Shown here: piece by piece, positions 25,391 through 36,463 of the stretch
Numbering within the stretch: the stretch's first letter is position 1
How the letters are laid out: every line of letters starts with the position of its first letter
DNA from: Macrostomum lignano
Taxonomy: Eukaryota
Length of the DNA stretch: 64,000 nucleotides
Reading direction: 5' to 3'
Assembly: GCA_002269645.1 (NCBI GenBank)
Contig: NIVC01001448.1
Span: 1 to 64,000 of the forward strand
Translations under genes and position numbers: made by a program
Notes under the pieces: generated by a model
Database searches by the model: none
What the model was told of the DNA's origin: nothing
What the model saw: only the letters and a program-made list of their open reading frames with translations

Positions 25391-26086
25391 CTACGAAGAC
25401 TGCATCTTGTTAACCTTGAACCAGAGAAGGCAGAACTGCAGACCAATGTAAATTTCATTACAACTACCGCTGGTGCCACCGCCATTTCCAAGCAGCAGTT
25501 CATCGATCTGGTCAACAGGCCAGTGTACAACTTCAATGCGTTCACCTTCGGCAGCGTTGCCACCGCCTTCGCTGATTCGCACAGAATCTGACACCTCAGC
25601 ATAGTAGATTGTCTGCTTAGCAGAAGACACCCCGACACCAGACCGACAGCAGCCAACCAGTTCAAGTTTATCCGGTTCAACTCGATAGCCGCACTCTTCC
25701 AGCACTTCTTCCGCGGCAATTTCTGCTAGGCTCTTGTCGGGTTTGTCAACGATGCCAGCGCAGGCTTCCAGTACATCGCCAGCTTCTGCTGGCAAAGGCG
25801 GAGCAGTCTCAACTGACATTAACGACTCCAGATTGCCGCCGTTAGTCTCTAGACAGCGTTGCAAGTAAGTTGCTGGTCTGAATTGGCGAACTAACACTAG
25901 AGCTTTGCGATCTGTGTTGTACACAATGATCACCACTGCATCGTGGTTGCGCATGCAGTGCCACTTGCGATTGACACCGTCAAGCACAAAATCAACGCAG
26001 TAGGGCTTGATGTAGGGCGACGGTCCGGTCAGCGGGGACACGACAAACTTTGTTAATAACTGCTTCGGTGCCGAGTTTGAAGACAT
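25391..26086 (-). CDS. NUDT14: Nudix hydrolase, UDP-glucose pyrophosphatase (NUDT14-like), single exon, 231 aa
   Basis: YIKP..F..DG..RKW, HDAVVIIVYNTDRKALVLVRQFRPA, Nudix box EACAGIVDKPDKSLAEIAAEEVLEECGY, GGG..AEGERIEV. Confidence 0.9.
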   Translation of the reverse strand: MSSNSAPKQLLTKFVVSPLTGPSPYIKPYCVDFVLDGVNRKWHCMRNHDAVVIIVYNTDRKALVLVRQFRPATYLQRCLETNGGNLESLMSVETAPPLPAEAGDVLEACAGIVDKPDKSLAEIAAEEVLEECGYRVEPDKLELVGCCRSGVGVSSAKQTIYYAEVSDSVRISEGGGNAAEGERIEVVHWPVDQIDELLLGNGGGTSGSCNEIYIGLQFCLLWFKVNKMQSS

Positions 26087-26189
26087 TTTAAACCTTTCGT
26101 TCTTGACCTAATTGACGAGCTTATTTTGTTTGCTGACCTGAAAGATTTGAGTAGTTTAAAATAGTTTCAGAGAATATTTCTAGCATAAA

Positions 26190-26880
26190 ACTACGTTACG
26201 GACGATTCCCAGGCAAGACTTGAGGACGATTCTCAGTTGAGACCTAAAGACGATTCTGGGTTGATGTCCGGGAACGATTCTAAGGTGAGGTTTAGCGACG
26301 ATTCTCATGTGAGGTTTGGGGACGATTCTCAGGTGAGATTTGTGGACGATTCTCAGGTGAGATTTGTGGACGATTCTCAGGTGAGATTTGTGGACGATTC
26401 TCAGATAAGATTTAAAGACGACTCTTAGGTAAGATTTGGGGACGATTCTCAAGTGAGGTTTGTAAACGATTCTCAAGGTGAGATTTGGGGACGATTCTCA
26501 GATAAGATTTAAAGACGACTCTTAGGTGAGATTTGGCGACGATTCTCATGTGAGATTTGGGGACGATTCTCAGGTGAGATTTAGAGACCACTCTGAGGTG
26601 AGATTTGGCGACGATTCTCAGGTGAGATTCGGGGACAATTCTCAGGTGAGATTTGTGGACGATTCTGAGGTGAGATTTAGGGACGATTCTCGGGTAAGAT
26701 TTGGAGACGGTTCTCTGGTGAGGTTTGAGGACGACTCTCAGGTGAATTTAAGGCCGATTCTTAGGTGAGATTCGGGGACGATTCTCAGGTGAGATTTGGG
26801 GACGATACTCATGTGAGATTTGGAGACGATTCTGATGTGAGATTTGAAAGCGATTCTCAGGTGAGATCTGGGGATGCTTC
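26190..26880. repeat. 24-bp minisatellite (GACGATTCTCAGGTGAGATTTGGG)n between MRPL54 and NUDT14
   Basis: Tandem units; same family as 30090-30627. Confidence 0.95.
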
Positions 26881-27233
26881 TTAGATTTTTAGGTGGGTTT
26901 TTTGGAAAGTTTCTCTGTAAACTATCATATAGATTAGAAGCAACAATCAATTAAAATAAGCTGAAAACTTTGTAAACATATTTTGCTATTTACCTATATT
27001 AAACAATTAAACAATGCATAACATACCATTGACTTTAATTGATAAGAATTTGTAGTATCATGTGTATAAAATTTATAATGTTCTACAACACAACTGGACT
27101 ACTAAAAGTAATTGATGACAAAAGCTTGTAATTGGAAGCTGTTATATTTTAATTGCACAGTATACTTGCAGACAATGAAATGAACAAAGACTACTGCAGA
27201 TATCAGTGAATTAGATACTGACTGCATCGAGTT

Positions 27234-28901
27234 TCAGGTTAAACACTTGTTTGCCGCCTTGTCATCAGCAGTTTCAAGCAGATCAGAGCTGCTAGATTTC
27301 GTTGGCAATCCAACTTTGGAGGCTTCGTGACTAAGCACCTCGTGATAGGTTTCGCCATAGAACCTCTCCAGCTGGTTGGTCTCGTGAACATGGTCCGGTT
27401 TAATCCAGCCGTCCATTTTGCCAAGCTTGAACACGTCTTTCATTTTAGCTTGAATCACGTGACGCCAGTAGATCTCGGAGTCTGGCTCGAGATCTTCCAG
27501 GGGTCGCGGCTCCATCTCGGTGCTGAGCTCGAATAGCCAGTCTGGGTAAGAATCCTTCGGCTTCAACGGTATGTACTCTCCGTCGACGTAGTAGTTGATG
27601 CACAGGTGAGTAGCCAGTTTGTTGACATCGGTTTCCACTGGGTGCTCCTTCTTGGTTGAGATCGCTGCCACGCCTTTGCCTTTCAGCTTCTTGCCTGTGG
27701 CGCCTCCGGGAGGCGGGGCGGCGAAGCTGCGGACAATCTGGCTGAGGGGCTGGCGGGATGGCAGCCGATGCGCCTGGGACAGGCGGCTTAGGAAGACGAG
27801 CGAGGGATGCAGGAATAGAGCGGGTGGATGATAGCGTCATTTGAGCTAACATTATAAGTTGCTGGTTGGCTTTAAATTTTAATAATTCATTGTTAGAAAC
27901 GATATATAAGATGGTAGATAACAGGGTGGGGTAGAGGGTAGTGCGGTAGATTGGGTGGATAGTAAGGTGGGGTAGATGGGGAGGTAGGGTAGATGGGGAG
28001 ATGAGGTATATATAAGGATGTGGGGTAGATGATGATGTGGGGTAGATGAGGATGTGGGGTAGATGAGGATTTGGGGTAGATGAGGAGGCGGGTAGATGAG
28101 GAGGTGGGGTAGATGATAATGTGGGGTAGATGAGGATGTGGGGTAGATGAGGATGTGGGGTAGATGAGGATGTGGGGTAGATGAGGATGTGGGGTAGATG
28201 AGGATGTGGGGTAGATGAGGATGTGGGGTGGATGATGATGTGGGGTAGATGAGGATGTGGGGTAGATGAGGATGTGGGGTAGATGAGGATGTGGGGTAGA
28301 TGAGGATGTGGGGTAGATGAGGATGTGGGGTAGATGATGATGTGGGGTAGATGAGGATGTGGGGTAGATGAGGATGTGGGGTAGATGAGGATGTGGGGTA
28401 GATGAGGATGTGGGGTAGTTGAGGATGTGGGGTAGATGAGGATGTGGGTTAGATGAGGATGTGGGGTAGATGAGGATGTGGGGTAGATGAGGATGTGGGG
28501 TAGATGAGGATGTGGGGTAGATGAGGATGTGGGGTAGTTGAGGAGGAGGGGTAGATGAGGATGTGGGGTAGATGAGGATGTGGGGTAGATGAGGAGGCGG
28601 GGTAGATGAGGATGTGGGGTAGATGAGGATGTGGGGTAGATGAGGTGATGAGGTATATTGGGAGTTGAGGTAGATGGGGAGTTAAAGTAGATGAGCTAGA
28701 CGGGTATAGATATGGCAGAGACCAAATAAGGTAGAGGTGGGAATAACAATGCACCTATTTGATATTGCCACGCTAAATTCCTAAAAAAGCAATGCTATAT
28801 GCACACTAGAACACTAACACTGATAGCAACTCGCTGTTTAACCTGTCGTAAAGAGACAGGGCTCTGTGAGTAAGTTGGAGTGTATTTTTTAACGTTGCCA
28901 T
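27234..28901 (-). CDS. MRPL54: Mitochondrial ribosomal protein mL54 (L54/L37 family), 2 exons (28901-28843, 27786-27234), 203 aa
   Basis: Core PVETDVNKLATHLCINYYVDGEYIPLKPKDSYPDWL. The exon-2 frame has no in-frame ATG before the core. A phase-2 intron (AG|GTTAAA ... tcttcctaAG|C) links it to MATLKNTLQLTHRALSLYD, giving a basic/hydroxylated targeting-like N-terminus. Exon 1 is inferred. Confidence 0.82.
27950..28660. repeat. 17-bp purine-rich minisatellite (GGGTAGATGAGGATGTG)n in the MRPL54 intron
   Basis: Tandem units with period 17. Confidence 0.95.
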
Positions 28902-29149
28902 CAAACAAAAACAATATAGGTAAACTAAAAAAGTAAAGAAAATGATTATAATTAATAATAAATTTAGCGAATCCCAGCGCTACTCGTACTACTTAAACTC
29001 ACCCTGAACAGTAGTTAAACAGTGCACTTGTTTTTTTCGAATAGTTTATATTAAAAAAGCACACACACATTTTTGGACGGAATAACAGAAATGAGAAAAA
29101 AAACACAAAAATCACAGTCTGAATCAATAACTTTTGAATACGAAAATTA

Positions 29150-29495
29150 ATCAACCAATCAATCAATAGATCATAATCAGTCAATCAATTAATCAACCAA
29201 TCAATCAATTAATTAATCAATGAACCACTTAATCAATAAACCAATCGATCGATCAATTAATTAATCAATCAACAATTTAATTAATCAATATATCGATCGA
29301 TCAATCAATTAATGAATCAATCGATCAATCGATCATATTCAGTCTATCAATTAATTAATCAATCAACCAATAAATTAATCAATTAATCAATAAATCTAAA
29401 ATTAATCAATAAATCAATCGATTAATCGATCAACTAATCAATAAATCAATCAATCGATAATCAGTAAATCAATCAATAAATTAGTCAATCAACAA
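29150..29495. repeat. Degenerate (ATCA/ATTA/ATCG)n tract immediately 3' of the DNAAF1 stop
   Basis: Seen directly. Confidence 0.9.
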
Positions 29496-29496
29496 A

Positions 29497-32400
29497 TCAA
29501 TCCAGCTCATCGTCCAGCTGACTTTTAGCAGCCTCAGTTGCCGCAGTCGCCGCCACCTCGAGAGCGTCGCGAATTTCAGTCATCGACAGCGTCGAGCTGC
29601 TCTCAACTGGCGCAGCCGCCGGCTCCTTGGTGGTGCTGATCTGCTCGTCAACAGTCGGCTGAATGTCATCCAGTTCAACAATCAGCGGAGATTTCTTCAC
29701 AGCGGGCGCAGCGGCATCCCTGTCCTCAGACGGCTGCGAGTTGCCTAGCAACAGGATGCTGGAATCCCCGGCCGGCTCTTCTGCATCCTTGGCGACAGAG
29801 GAGAAAATTCCACCGCCGTCATTCTGACGCGGAGCAATCATTGGCAGGTTGTCGACGGCGTCTCCGGCATCGCCGGTGGGTGGGTCGGCTTCGATCACGT
29901 CAACGAAGCCATCGCTGTTGGTGTCGGAGGTCACGTGATCGCCGTAGAGCCAGTCGCACTTGGCGGGATCCACGGGAGGCACGGAGGCGGGGTCTTCGCC
30001 TCGCGACACCGCGGCAGCCTCCGCCTTTGCCTGAGGGTACAATGAGGACAGGTGAAGGTAGATTTAGGAAAGATTCTTAGGGGAGATTAGAAGACGATTC
30101 TCATGTGAGATTTAGAGACGATTCTCAGGTGAGATTTGGGAACGATTGTCAAGGTGAGATATGGAGACGATTCTCAGGTGACATTTGGGGACGATTCTCG
30201 GGTGTGATTTGGGGACGATTCTCAGGTGATAGTTGGGGGCAATTCTCAGGTGAAATTTGGGGATGATTCTCAGGTGATAGTTGGGGGCAATTCTCAGGTG
30301 AAATTTGGGGATGATTCTCAGGTGATAGTTGGGGACAATTCTCAGGTGAGATTTAACACGATTCTCATGTGAGATTTGGGGACGATTCTCATGTGAGATT
30401 TGGGGACGATTCTCAGGTGAGATTTAAAGACGATTCTCAGGTGATAGTTGGGGACGATTCCCAGGTGAGATTTAGACGATTCTCAGGTTAGATTTGGGGA
30501 CGATTCTCAGGTGATATTTGGGGACGATTCTCAGGTGAGATTTAAAAACGATTCTCAGGTGATAGTTGGGGACGATTCCCAGGTGAGATTTAGACGATTC
30601 TCAGGTTAGATTTGGGGATGATTCTCATTTTAACGTTTTTTTGTGACTTTTAAATGGATTTCACAATTATCCTGATTGGATGTTCCAAGTCCCCCCACCT
30701 GAGCGGTGGCCACTTCATTTTTCTGGCGCTTCCTTAGCAGCCACTCCACGCTAGCCATGGTCTTTTGCTGCTCTTCTTCTTGCACGAGTTTGCGTTCGGC
30801 TCGTTCCGCTTCCGCCCCGCCGGAGAAGTAGGCCTCAGCATAGCGCCTGTCGTTGGGGAACACCGGACGGTCGTCCAGGTAAGTGAGGTTGGGCAGCTTG
30901 TGGGTCAGCGTCTTGCGGTAGAATTTTATCTGTAAATATTGGGATGGATTTCAGGTGTTAGATATGTAGGGGGGGGGGGTAAAATATGATTCTTTGGGAA
31001 CAGATAGAGAGGCTGTGGGTAGACCGGTAGGATGGAGGTTAAGAAGAAATTGTAAGAGGATGGGGAGACGGGTGGGAATGGGAGGATGGGGAGACGGGTG
31101 GGAGTGGGAGAGGATGGGGAGACGGGTGGGAATGGGAGAGGATGGGGAGACGGGTGGGAATGGGAGGATGGGGAGACGGGTGGGAATGGGAGAGGATGGG
31201 GAGACGGGTGGGAATGGGAGGATGGGGAGACGGGTGGGAGTGGGAGAGGATGGGGAGACGGGTGGGAATGGGAGAGGATGGGGAGACGGGTGGGAATGGG
31301 AGGATGGGGAGACGGGTGGGAATGGGAGAGGATGGGGGGACGGGTGGGATTGGGAGAGGATGGAGAGAGGATGGGGAGACGGGTGGGAATGGGAGAGGAT
31401 GGAGAGACGAGTTGGAATGGATGGGGAGACGGGTGGGAATGGGAGAGGATGGGGAGACGGGTGGGAATGGGATGATGGGGAGACGGGTGGGAATGGGAGA
31501 GGATGGGGAGACGGGTGGGAATGGGAGAGGATGGGGAGACGGGTGGGAATGGGAGAGGATGGGGAGACGGGTGGGAATGGGAGAGGATGGGGAGACGGGT
31601 GGGAATGGGAGAGGATGGGGAGACGGGTGGGAATGGGAGAGGATGGGGAGACGGGTGGGAATGGGAGGATGGGGAGACGGGTGGGAATGGGAGGATGGGG
31701 AGACGAGTTGGAATGGGAGAGGATGGGGAGACGAGTTGGAATGGGAGAGGATGGGGATACGAGTTGGAATGGGAGAGGATGGGGAGACGAGTTGGAATGG
31801 GAGGATGGGGAGACGGGTGGGAATGGGAGAGGATGGGGAGACGGGTGGGAATGGGAGAGGATGGGGAGACGGGTGGGAATGGGAGAGGATGGGGAGACGG
31901 GTGGGAATGGGAGAGGATGGGGAGACGGGTGGGAATGGGAGGATGGGGAGACGGGTGGGAATGGGAGGATGGGGAGACGAGTTGGAATGGGAGAGGATGG
32001 GGAGACGAGTTGGAATGGGAGAGGATGGGGATACGAGTTGGAATGGGAGAGGATGGGGAGACGAGTTGGAATGGGAGGATGGGGAGACGGGTGGGAATGG
32101 GAGAGGATGGGGAGACGGGTGGGAATGGGAGAGGATGGGGAGACGGGTGGGAATGGGAGAGGATGGGGAGACGGGTGGGAATGGGAGAGGATGGGGAGAC
32201 GGGTGGGAATGGGAGGATGGGGAGACGGGTGGGAATGGGAGGATGGGGAGACGAGTTGGAATGGGAGAGGATGGGGAGACGAGTTGGAATGGGAGAGGAT
32301 GGGGAGACGAGTTGGAATGGGAGAGGATGGGGAGACGAGTTGGAATGGGAGAGGATGGGGAGACGAGTTGGAATGGGAGAGGATGGGGAGACAAGTTGGA

Positions 32401-33424
32401 ATGGGAGAGGATGGGAAGACGAGTTGGAATGGGAGAGGATGGGAAGACGAGTTGGAATGGGAGAGGATAGGGAGACGAGTTGGAATGGGAGAGGATGGGG
32501 AGACGAGTTGGAATGGGAGAGGATGGGGAGACGAGTTGGAATGGGAGAGGATGGAGAGACGAGTTGGAATGGGAGGTAGGGGAGACGAGTTGGAATGGGA
32601 GGATGGGGAGACGGGTGGGAATGGGAGAGGATGGGGAGACGAGTTGGAATGGGTGGGGAGACGGGTGGGAATGGGAGGATGGGTTGGATGATGGGAAGAG
32701 TTGGGAAGACGGGTGGGATGGAGTTGCACGCGGAACGATAAACAGATAGATGGGTCAAAGAAGATAAACCAAAAATCCTTACCTGCTTGACCACCGGGTT
32801 GCCCTGCAGGTACAGCACCCTCAGGTTTGGCATCTTAACAAAGATCTCATCAATAACTTGAGCATCTTCAATTTTATTGTGCTGCAAATCAACCACAGTT
32901 AGCGATGGGCAATCCAGCAATCCTTTAAGATCTTCGATGCTGGAGATTTTATTGTGAGCCAAAATCACTTTAGTCAGTTTAGTCAAGTTAGACAAGTTCT
33001 TAATGCGTTCCAGACTATTGTGACTCAAATCGATGGTGTCCAGGTTGACCATTGAGTCAAGATTTTCAATTCGTTCAACCAGATTTTTTGCCATGTAAAG
33101 ACAGCGCATCTCTGTCTGGGCGTCCAGGTTTTCTAATTTTCGAATTCCATTGCACTCGAGGAAGAGGCAGCGAAGGCCGGTGTACTCTTCCAGGTTCTCG
33201 ATGCGAGCATAGCCTTTATAGTGCAGATAGAGAATGTCATTCAGGTGAGGGGTCAGGTACAGTTTGAGCTCTTTGCAGATTCGCTTGAGCTCCTCTTTGG
33301 TCATTCGAGGCAGGCGAGATGAGTACAGATTTGGGTCATCTTTTGGTTGAGCATCTTCTGCTGGTGGCTGCTGTTGAGTGGCCACAGTGGGAACCAATGC
33401 TGTTTCTGCAACTGCTGCTGCCAT
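29497..33424 (-). CDS. DNAAF1: Dynein axonemal assembly factor 1 (LRRC50/ODA7), 3 exons (33424-32783, 30929-30699, 30030-29497), 468 aa
   Basis: [59 protein letters not shown]22-type LRRs, [17 protein letters not shown]...[19 protein letters not shown], acidic low-complexity tail. All introns are phase 0 GT-AG. Confidence 0.94.
30090..30627. repeat. 24-bp minisatellite (GACGATTCTCAGGTGAGATTTGGG)n in DNAAF1 intron 2
   Basis: Same unit and orientation as 26190-26880. Confidence 0.95.
31060..32720. repeat. 26-28-bp G-rich minisatellite (GGAGAGGATGGGGAGACGGGTGGGAATG)n, about 1.65 kb, in DNAAF1 intron 1
   Basis: Tandem units; cause of all long ORFs between 30926 and 32749. Confidence 0.96.
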
Positions 33425-35893
33425 AACAGAAAATTGCAATTAAATTCCAAGTGCAGTCACATTAATTTAGGGCTAAATTGGAATATTGGCCTGGGTCTGC
33501 TCATGTAACGAATGCCTTGGAAGGTCGACCTTCGAGCGTACAAGCCTTATAACAAATAAAGTTAGGGTTGCTATAGACTCCTATGTGAGTTCCTGTTTAG
33601 GGGTGTTGATAGAATGGGCAATTATGGTCATTGCTAGCTGTGTGACAATGCTGCTTAAAATGCACCTGGGTCTTGAAAATCTATGGTCTGAAAAAAGTAT
33701 AAATAACTTCAAATAGTCTAGGAGCATTGATAATAACAACTTAAGGTTAATATCAAACCTAACTAATTAATTTACAAGATTACTATTATAGTTGAAAAGT
33801 AAAAAATATGATTTGAAACTTTAAAGATCCCAACTTTGAAACCTTTTTGCTTAAGAAAATTTTTTTTAATTATCTTAGATAAATCTTATAGTATTATAAT
33901 AAATTCATTAGAATGAGATTTATAAAAACAGAACTAATAGCTACTATATTAAGATTTTAAAACAGCTTTAGATATGGAAGTTTTAAATAAAATAGATATA
34001 GCAGTAATTATAGAAATGCATAGTTTATATAACTTATTCTTAGATCTAATATTAATAATATTGGCCACTTATTAACTAAGACATAATATTAAATATTGTT
34101 AAAGCCATTGATCCATTGATTTAATTGATAAGAAATGATAAAACAATATTAATAAATAAATATTACTAGTTTAAAACTTTTATAGGGATAATTCTAAGTC
34201 TTTAGGGTTATAGATTCAAGCAATATAGATTTTTATTGGTATATAATTTGCTCTATAGTTGGGACTATTAGTTGGGTTAGATTGGAAAAAAAGAACTATT
34301 ATCATTAGATTATATATCATTATACCATTATAAATTAAGAGAGATTAATTAATTAGCTACAAATCATTGGCATAACTAAAAAATTGTTGAAGGGAAAGGT
34401 GGGGAAGGTAAAAACCCAAAGGGAAGGGGCATGAAAGAAATATCTCATGTGCTTGATCTTGTCAAGGTCTGTCAACCTTGTCATTTTTTCAGTCTCTTAT
34501 TCTACAAAAAGCCAAAAGAAAAATGATTGCCTAAAATATTGTTTTATTATTTAATATTGATCTTGGTAAATATTTTGGTTGCTTTTAATCAAAATTTCTT
34601 TAATAAAGTCATAAGAACATATTTATTATATTTCTTAATAACAATTTTAGACATTTTATAGACAGACATTCTAGCATATATTAGGCCTATATATGATAGA
34701 TATATTGGTAGGATAGGGCATTTTAGGCTTTGCCTTACCTAGGCCTATCCTATGCAAACACTTGCCTGACCTGGCTATTATTGGCTATTGCAGTTATCTA
34801 AAAAGGCCATTGGCCAATTCTAATAAAAAAAATAAACTCTAACCAAAACCAAAGGCAAGTTTGTGACTTGTCTATTATTTAAAGGCTATTTAGATGAATA
34901 ACAATCTATCTCCTAGATTCTCTAGAGAGGGACTAAGCCTACTGCACTATGGACACACAGGACACTTGCACCATTAGAACTCCCTGCATCACTGCATAAC
35001 ACTATAGCACTAGCTACCCATGGTTGCCAGCCAGATGTTAGCAAAATGGGTGGCAATGCCACCTTGATATTTCTAGACACATTGATCCTAAGCTAAGTAA
35101 AAAACCAAAGGCAAAAATAAAAATAAGTAGCAACTTAGCAAGTCAAGGGGAAAAAGAGGGCAGACAATGCCTTAGCCTATTGTCTGCCCTCTTAGCATTG
35201 GCTAAGCCTAGAGGTAGGGGCCTAGGATCTAGATATCAGTCAAATGAAAAACCATCATATCATGTTATTGGCACTATGCATTGCAGCACTTGCTTATGTA
35301 TATCAATAAGGCCTACATTACATCATATTTTATATATTAGGCCTAGTGAATTATTGTTTTCACTATAGTTCATACAGATGCAAAAGTGGTACATGCACAT
35401 GTTATATGTACACAAAGTAGACAAATATATACACAAATTTGGATTTTGGTTTATAGCACTATCTTAATTGCAAAAATATATTTTTTCAATATTTATCCAT
35501 TACGCATATGCCCTTGGCATATATGCATGCATTATTCCACACTAATCTGAGCAGTAGAATTAAGTTGGCTTAATTTGGTTGCAAAAAGTTATTTGCAGCC
35601 ATTTCGTAGTATTGGCGCATTTGAACAATAATCAGTAAGGCGCGTGCCAAATTTGCTTTAAAGCGTTTTTTGAAAATAAATTTCGGCATTCCATTGCTTG
35701 GCGTGCTTTACTTTATTAACTTGTTGCCAAGGCACTGTAAACAAAGCAAAAAAATTTCTTTTAAAAGTGGAAAGTTTTGTAAATAGTTAATAAATTATTT
35801 CAATTCACACAGTTAAAGAAAACAAAAAGAACAATCTATTAGTCAAATGATTTGTTTTACTATGTTGCTGGTTTCTGCTTTGAACAATTTGAT

Positions 35894-36272
35894 GGGTCTC
35901 CCTAAAACACGCACCGCCCCGCCCCGAACCGCTACACATTATAACATTTTTTGTCAACGCAGTATTTGATTGCAAAGAAAAATATTTGTTGTACGAGTAA
36001 TGGAAAAAATATCTTTAATTATTATTATAAATACTGTTATTATTTTTTATATTCTCGTTTTCATTATTAAATTTTATTAATATTTTTTATTAATATTATT
36101 AATATTATCACTTATTATTCACCGAATTTTATATTTCATAGTAAAAAAACTTAATTTAATAAAAACTTTAAAGCTTAACAGAAAACGCATTTTCAAGTGT
36201 CTTCAGTTATAGTCCAATTTGTTTTAATGTGTAGCGCTGCAGGGCGGTGCGGGGCGTGTTTTAGGGAGACCC
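35894..36272. mobile_element. Mutator-like (MULE) MITE, 379 bp, ~55-bp TIRs, 9-bp TSD CAATTTGAT
   Basis: Left end GGGTCTCCCTAAAACACGC; right end GCGTGTTTTAGGGAGACCC. caatttgat lies at 35885-35893 and 36273-36281. AT-rich interior. A 9-bp TSD is characteristic of MULEs. Confidence 0.85.
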
Positions 36273-36463
36273 CAATTTGATATTAGTACTATTTTAAGGC
36301 AAAAAATTATGCGCATTTCAATTTTTCAATTTATTTCAAGGAGCAGAGGAGATTTGTTCTGTAAATAAATAAATATATTTTTTAATTACTACAAAGCCAA
36401 CAAATTTTTACTGACAAATGTGAACTTAAAGGCCTATCTTTGAAGTAGCCCTACTCTGCAAAC

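Noticed and set aside
27445-27852. Apparent frameshift at the MRPL54 N-terminus
   Set aside because: A phase-compatible upstream exon (28901-28843) explains it without an indel.
30926-33439. 837-aa ORF suggesting a Pro-rich DNAAF1 extension
   Set aside because: Read-through into intron 1 satellite; a canonical donor at 32782 and a conserved exon 2 exist.
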